Shown: one piece after another, positions 59,327 through 64,000 of the stretch
Layout of the letters: each line of letters opens with the position of its first letter
Numbering within the stretch: position 1 is the first letter of the stretch
NCBI GenBank assembly: GCA_002269645.1
Contig: NIVC01001319.1
Coordinates: 186,001-250,000 of the forward strand
Length of the DNA: 64,000 nt
Reading direction: 5' to 3'
DNA from: Macrostomum lignano
Lineage: Eukaryota
Translations under genes and position numbers: made by a program
The notes under the pieces: generated by a model
Seen by the model: the letters and a program-made list of their open reading frames with translations, nothing else
Told to the model about the DNA's origin: nothing
Databases searched by the model: none

Positions 59327-62300
59327 CTAGCAATCTTCGCCCCCCGATGGGGGACATCTAAATAGAATATCTGTTCTCTAAAAGTAACAAAAAGACAGCG
59401 AAATAAAGCTTTCACAAAGACAACAGACATTCCATCTGTAAAGAAAACATCCCCAGTCAGCATGCAAGCATCTCCCAGATAGCAAGCATCCCCCAAATAG
59501 CAAGAATCCCCCAGATAGCAAGCATCCCCAGACAGCATGCAAGCATCTTCCAGATAGCAAGCATCCCCCAAATAGCAAGAATCCCCCAGATAGCAAGCAT
59601 CCCCAGACAGCATGCAAGCATCTTCCAGATAGCAAGCATCCCCCAGATAGCAAGCATCCCCAGACAGCATGCAAGCATCTCCCAGATAGCACGAATCCCC
59701 CAGACATAGAAAGCATCCCCAGACAGCACGCAAGCATCCCCCCGATAGCAAGAATCCCCCAGATAGCAAGCATCCCCAGACAGCATGCAAGCATCCCAGA
59801 TAGCAAGCATCTCCCAGATAGCAAGAATCGCCCAGATAGCAAGCATCCCCAGACAGCATGCAAGCATCCCCAGACAGCATGCAAGCATCCCAGACAGCAT
59901 GCAACCATCCCCCAGATAGCAAGCATCCCTGGATACAAAGAATCCTTATAGATAGCTAGCAACCCCTCTCAGATAGCAAGTAGCCTCCACTCCCCAAGAG
60001 CAAGCATCCCCCAATAGCATGTTACCCCAGATAGCAAGCATTCTTCCGATAGCAAGCATCCCTCCCCCAATGGCAAGCATCACTCAGATAGCAAGCATCC
60101 CCTGATAGCAAGTATCCATCCTTAAATAGCAAGCATCCACCAGACATCAAGTAGCTAGTGCAATAATTTCATTAGCTTTATAGTGGCTCCATTTTGTTTG
60201 GCATGACACTTCTTTTTATGTTTGACATGGTGGCTCTTCTATGTTTGACATGGTAGCTCTTTAATGTTTGACATGGAGTCACGTATATGTTTGACATAGT
60301 GGCTCTTTAATGATTGACATCGTGGTTCTTTAATGTTTGACATGGTGGCTCTTTAATGTTTGACATGGTGTCTCTGTTATGTTTGACATGGTGGCTCAGT
60401 TGTTCGACATGGTGTCTCTTCTATGTTTGACATGGTGGCTCTTTTGTGTTTGACATTGTGGCTCTTTAATGTTTGACATGGTGGCTCTTCTATGTTTGAC
60501 ATGGTAGCACTTTAATCTTCGACATGATGGCTCTTTAATTTTTGACATTGTGGCTCTTTAATGTTTGATATGGTGGCTCTTTTATGTTTGACATGGTGGC
60601 TCTTTAATGTTTGACATGGAGTAATGTATATGCTTGTCGTGGTGGTTCTTTTATGGTTGACATGGTGGCTTTTTTATGTTTGACATGGCGGCTCTTTTAT
60701 GTTCGACATGGTGGCTCAATAATGTTCGACATGGTGGCTCTTTTATGTTTGACATGGTGGCTCTTTTATGTTCGACATGGTGGCTCTTTTGTGTTTGACA
60801 TTGTGGCTCTTTAATGTCTGACATGGTGGCTCAATAATGTTCGACATGGTGGCTCTTTTATGTTTGACATGCTGGCTCTTTAGTGTTTGACATGCTGGCT
60901 CTTTAATGTTTGACATGGTGGCTCTTTAATGTTTGGCATGGTGGATCTTTAATGTTTGACATGGAGTAATGTATATGCTTGACGTGGTGGTTCTTTTATG
61001 GTTGACATGGTGGCTTTTTATGTTTGACATGGCGGCTCTTTTATGTTTGGCATGGTGGCTCTTTTATGTTCGACATGGTGGCTCTTTAATGTTTGACATG
61101 GTAGTTCTTTTATGTTTGATATGGTGGCTCTTTTATGTTTGGCATGGTGGCTCTTTAATGTTAGACATGGTGGCTCAATAATGTTCGACATGGTGGCTCT
61201 TTTATGTTCGACATGCTGGCTCTTTAATGTTTGACATGGTGGCTCTTTAATGTTTGGCATGGTGGCTCTTTAATGTTAGACATAATGGCTCAATAATGCT
61301 CGACATGGTGGCTCTTTTATGTTCGACATGCTGGCTCTTTAATGTTTGACATGGTGGCTCTTTAATGTTTGGCATGGTGGCTCTTTAATGTTAGACATGG
61401 TGGCTCAATAATGCTCGACATGGTGGCTCTTTTATGTTCGACATGCTGGCTCTTTAATGTTTGACATGGTGGCTCTTTAATGTTTGGCATGGTGGCTCTT
61501 TAATGTTTGACATGGTGGCTCTTTTATGTTTGACATGGAGTAATGTATATGCTTGACGTGGTGGTTCTTTTATGGTTGACATGGTGGCTCTTTTATGTTC
61601 AACATGGTGGCTCTTTTATGTTTGGCATGGTGGCTCTTTAATGTTTGGGATGGTGGCTCTTTAATATTTGACATGGTGGCCCTTTTATGTTCGACATGGT
61701 GGCTCTTCAATGTTTGACATGGTACCTCTTTTATGTTCGACATAGTGGCTCTTTAATGTTTTACATGGTGGCTCTTTATTGTTTGACATGGTGACTCTTT
61801 TATGTTCTTCATGGTAGATCTTTTATGTTTGACATGGTGGCTCTTTAATGTTCGACATGGTGGCTCTTTAATGTTTGACATGGTGGCTCTTTACTTTTCG
61901 AAATGGTGGCTCTGTTTTATGTTTGACCTGGTGGCTCTTTAATGTTCGACATGGTGGCTCTTTAATGTTTTTATTGGTGTCTGTTTTATGTTTGACATGG
62001 TGGCTCTTTAATGTTTGACATGGTAGTTCTTTTATGTTTGATATGGTGGCTCCTTTATGTTCGACATAGTGGCTCTTTAATGTTCAACATGGTGGCTCTT
62101 TTAGGTTTGAAATGGTGGCTCTTTTGTGTTTGACATTGTGGCTCTTTAATGTTTGACATGGTGGCTCTTCTATGTTTGACATGGTAGCACTTTAATCTTC
62201 GACATGGTGGCTCTTTAATTTTTGACATTGTGGCTCTTTAATGTTTGATATGGTGGCTCTTTTATGTTTGACATTGTGGCTCTTTAATGTTTGACATGGT

Positions 62301-63075
62301 AGTTCTTTTATGTTTGATATGGTGGCTCCTTTATGTTTGACATGTTGGCTCTTTTTGTTTGGCATGGTGGCTCTTTTATGTTCGACATGGTGGCTCAATG
62401 ATGTTCGACATGGTGGCTCTTTTATGTTTGACATGGTGGCTCTTTTATGTTCGACATGTTGGCTCTTTTATGTTTGGCATGGTGGCTCTTTAATGTCTGA
62501 CATGGTGGCTCAATAATATTCGACATGGTGGCTCTTTTATGTTTGACATGCTGGCTCTTTAGTGTTTGACATGCTGGCTCTTTAATGTTTGACATGGTGG
62601 CACTTTTATGTTTGACCTGGTGGCTCTTTACTGTTTGACCTGGACTCACATATATGTTTGACATGGTGGCTCTTTTATGTTTGATATGGTGTCTTTTTTA
62701 TGTTTTACATGGTGGCTCTTTAATGTTAGACATGGTGGCTCTTTAATGTTCGACATGGTGGCTCTTTAATGTTCGACATGGTGGCTCTTTAATGTTTGAC
62801 ATGGTGGCTCTTTAATGTTTGACATTGTGCTTTTTTGTGTTTAGCATTTGTGTTTTTAAGGTTTTTGAATAAAAAAATCTTTTTGCACTACTAAGATTCG
62901 AACCCAGGTCGCTGCATTAGCAGTCCAGTCTGTTCGCATCTATGCTATCTCTTGTCAATTGGAGTACGTTAATTGTGGCCCTTATAATTAAATTCTTATA
63001 GCAAATCGGTTGAGCCATTTTTTCTGAAATCTATCGCATAGCTAGTTACAGACATTTCATTTTTAGTATATAGGA
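59327..63075 (-). mobile_element. Helitron-like monomer d
   Basis: Same 3' hairpin+CTAG at 59327-59330; 5' TCCTATATAC at 63075. Confidence 0.72.
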
Positions 63076-63580
63076 TTAGCTAATTAGAGCTGGCTGCCAC
63101 CAGCCAGAATAATTTTTTTATTGCCCCCCCCTTTAAGTGGGGCCCAGTGAGTTTCTTATCAGTTGGCTCTGGCGCAATCAATTAAAATTAGCTGTGATGT
63201 TTCTCGCTGATAAAATTTGCATTTACAGACATTTCATTTTTAGTATATAGGATTAGCTAATTAGAGCTGGCTGCCACCAGCCAGAATAATTTTTTTATTG
63301 CCCCCCCCTTTAAGTGGGGCCCAGTGAGTTTCTTATCAGTTGGCTCTGGCGCAATCAATTAAAATTAGCTGTGAAGTTTCTCGCTGATAAAATTTGCATT
63401 TACAGACATTTCATTTTTAGTATATAGGATTAGCTAATTAGAGCTGGCTGCCAGCAGCCAGAATAATTTTTTTATTGCCCCCCCCCTTTAAGTGGGGCCC
63501 AGTGAGTTTCTTATCAGTTGGCTCTGGCGCAATCAATTAAAATTAGCTGTGATGTTTCTCGCTGATAAAATTTGCATTGA
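63076..63580 (-). repeat. 177-bp mini-Helitron concatemer (2 full units plus the 3' end of a longer unit)
   Basis: Boundaries at 63075/6, 63252/3 and 63429/30; each 3' end is the hairpin GGCTG-gtgg-CAGCC plus CTAA, joined to TCCTATATAC. Confidence 0.75.
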
Positions 63581-64000
63581 AAAAGGCCATTTAAAACAGT
63601 TTTTCGAATATTTAATCCCTTTAGCATTGAAGCAGATACAAGGAATTTTAACCATACAATCCCAGGCTGATTACAAATCTTTTGGCGAAAACGCGATGAA
63701 AATCGGTGAAGAATTGCAATCTCTAGAGCGTTATGGACAAGCAAGCATACAAAATGTTCGACAGGGTGGCTCTTTAATGTTTGACATGGTGGCTCTTTAA
63801 TGTTCGACATGGTGGCTCTTTAATGTTCGACATGGTGGCTCTTTAATGTTCGACAGGGTGGCTCTTTAATGTTTGACATGGTGGCTCTTTAATGTTCAAC
63901 ATGGTGGCTCTTTAATGTTTGACATGGTGGCTTTTTAATGTTCGACAGGGTGGCTCTTTAATGTTTGACATGGTGGCTCTTTAATGTTCGACATGGTGGC

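Noticed and set aside
51964-62664. Cys/Gly repeat ORFs (GDACYL, MLAIWG, MSNIKEPPC)
   Set aside because: Translations of the 18- and 21-bp satellites
49870-63990. CRISPR-like appearance of short repeats
   Set aside because: Repeats are contiguous with no unique spacers, there are no cas genes, and the context is eukaryotic

Overview
Eukaryotic (probably invertebrate) transposon- and satellite-dense window with no recognisable host gene; most ORF-track entries are spurious readings of repeats. 1-3.6 kb: Ty3/Gypsy gag-pol joined by a -1 frameshift, ending before any integrase. 4.2-11 kb: two decayed OTU/STPR/PIF1 Helitron derivatives, followed by a solo LTR at 11.5-12.5 kb. 14-18.7 kb and 48.7-64 kb: non-autonomous Helitron-like units in head-to-tail arrays, each carrying a tRNA-like box pair and 18-29 bp satellites. 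The centrepiece is a four-level nest. An outer 19.2-kb Maverick/Polinton-like element (19129-38377; AGTAGT-ended TIRs, TATAAG TSD) carries a PC4 gene and a transposase-USP fusion but no core genes. It contains an LTR-like element, which contains an 8.6-kb inner Maverick-like element (21016-29657; AAGGTG TSD, empty site seen at 44464-44469). The inner element encodes major and minor capsid, packaging ATPase, a restriction-endonuclease-like gene, a PLA2-integrase fusion and four paralogous small ORFs, but no DNA polymerase or protease. Its capsid gene is split by a solo LTR. All protein family calls come from motif recognition by eye; no database searches were run.
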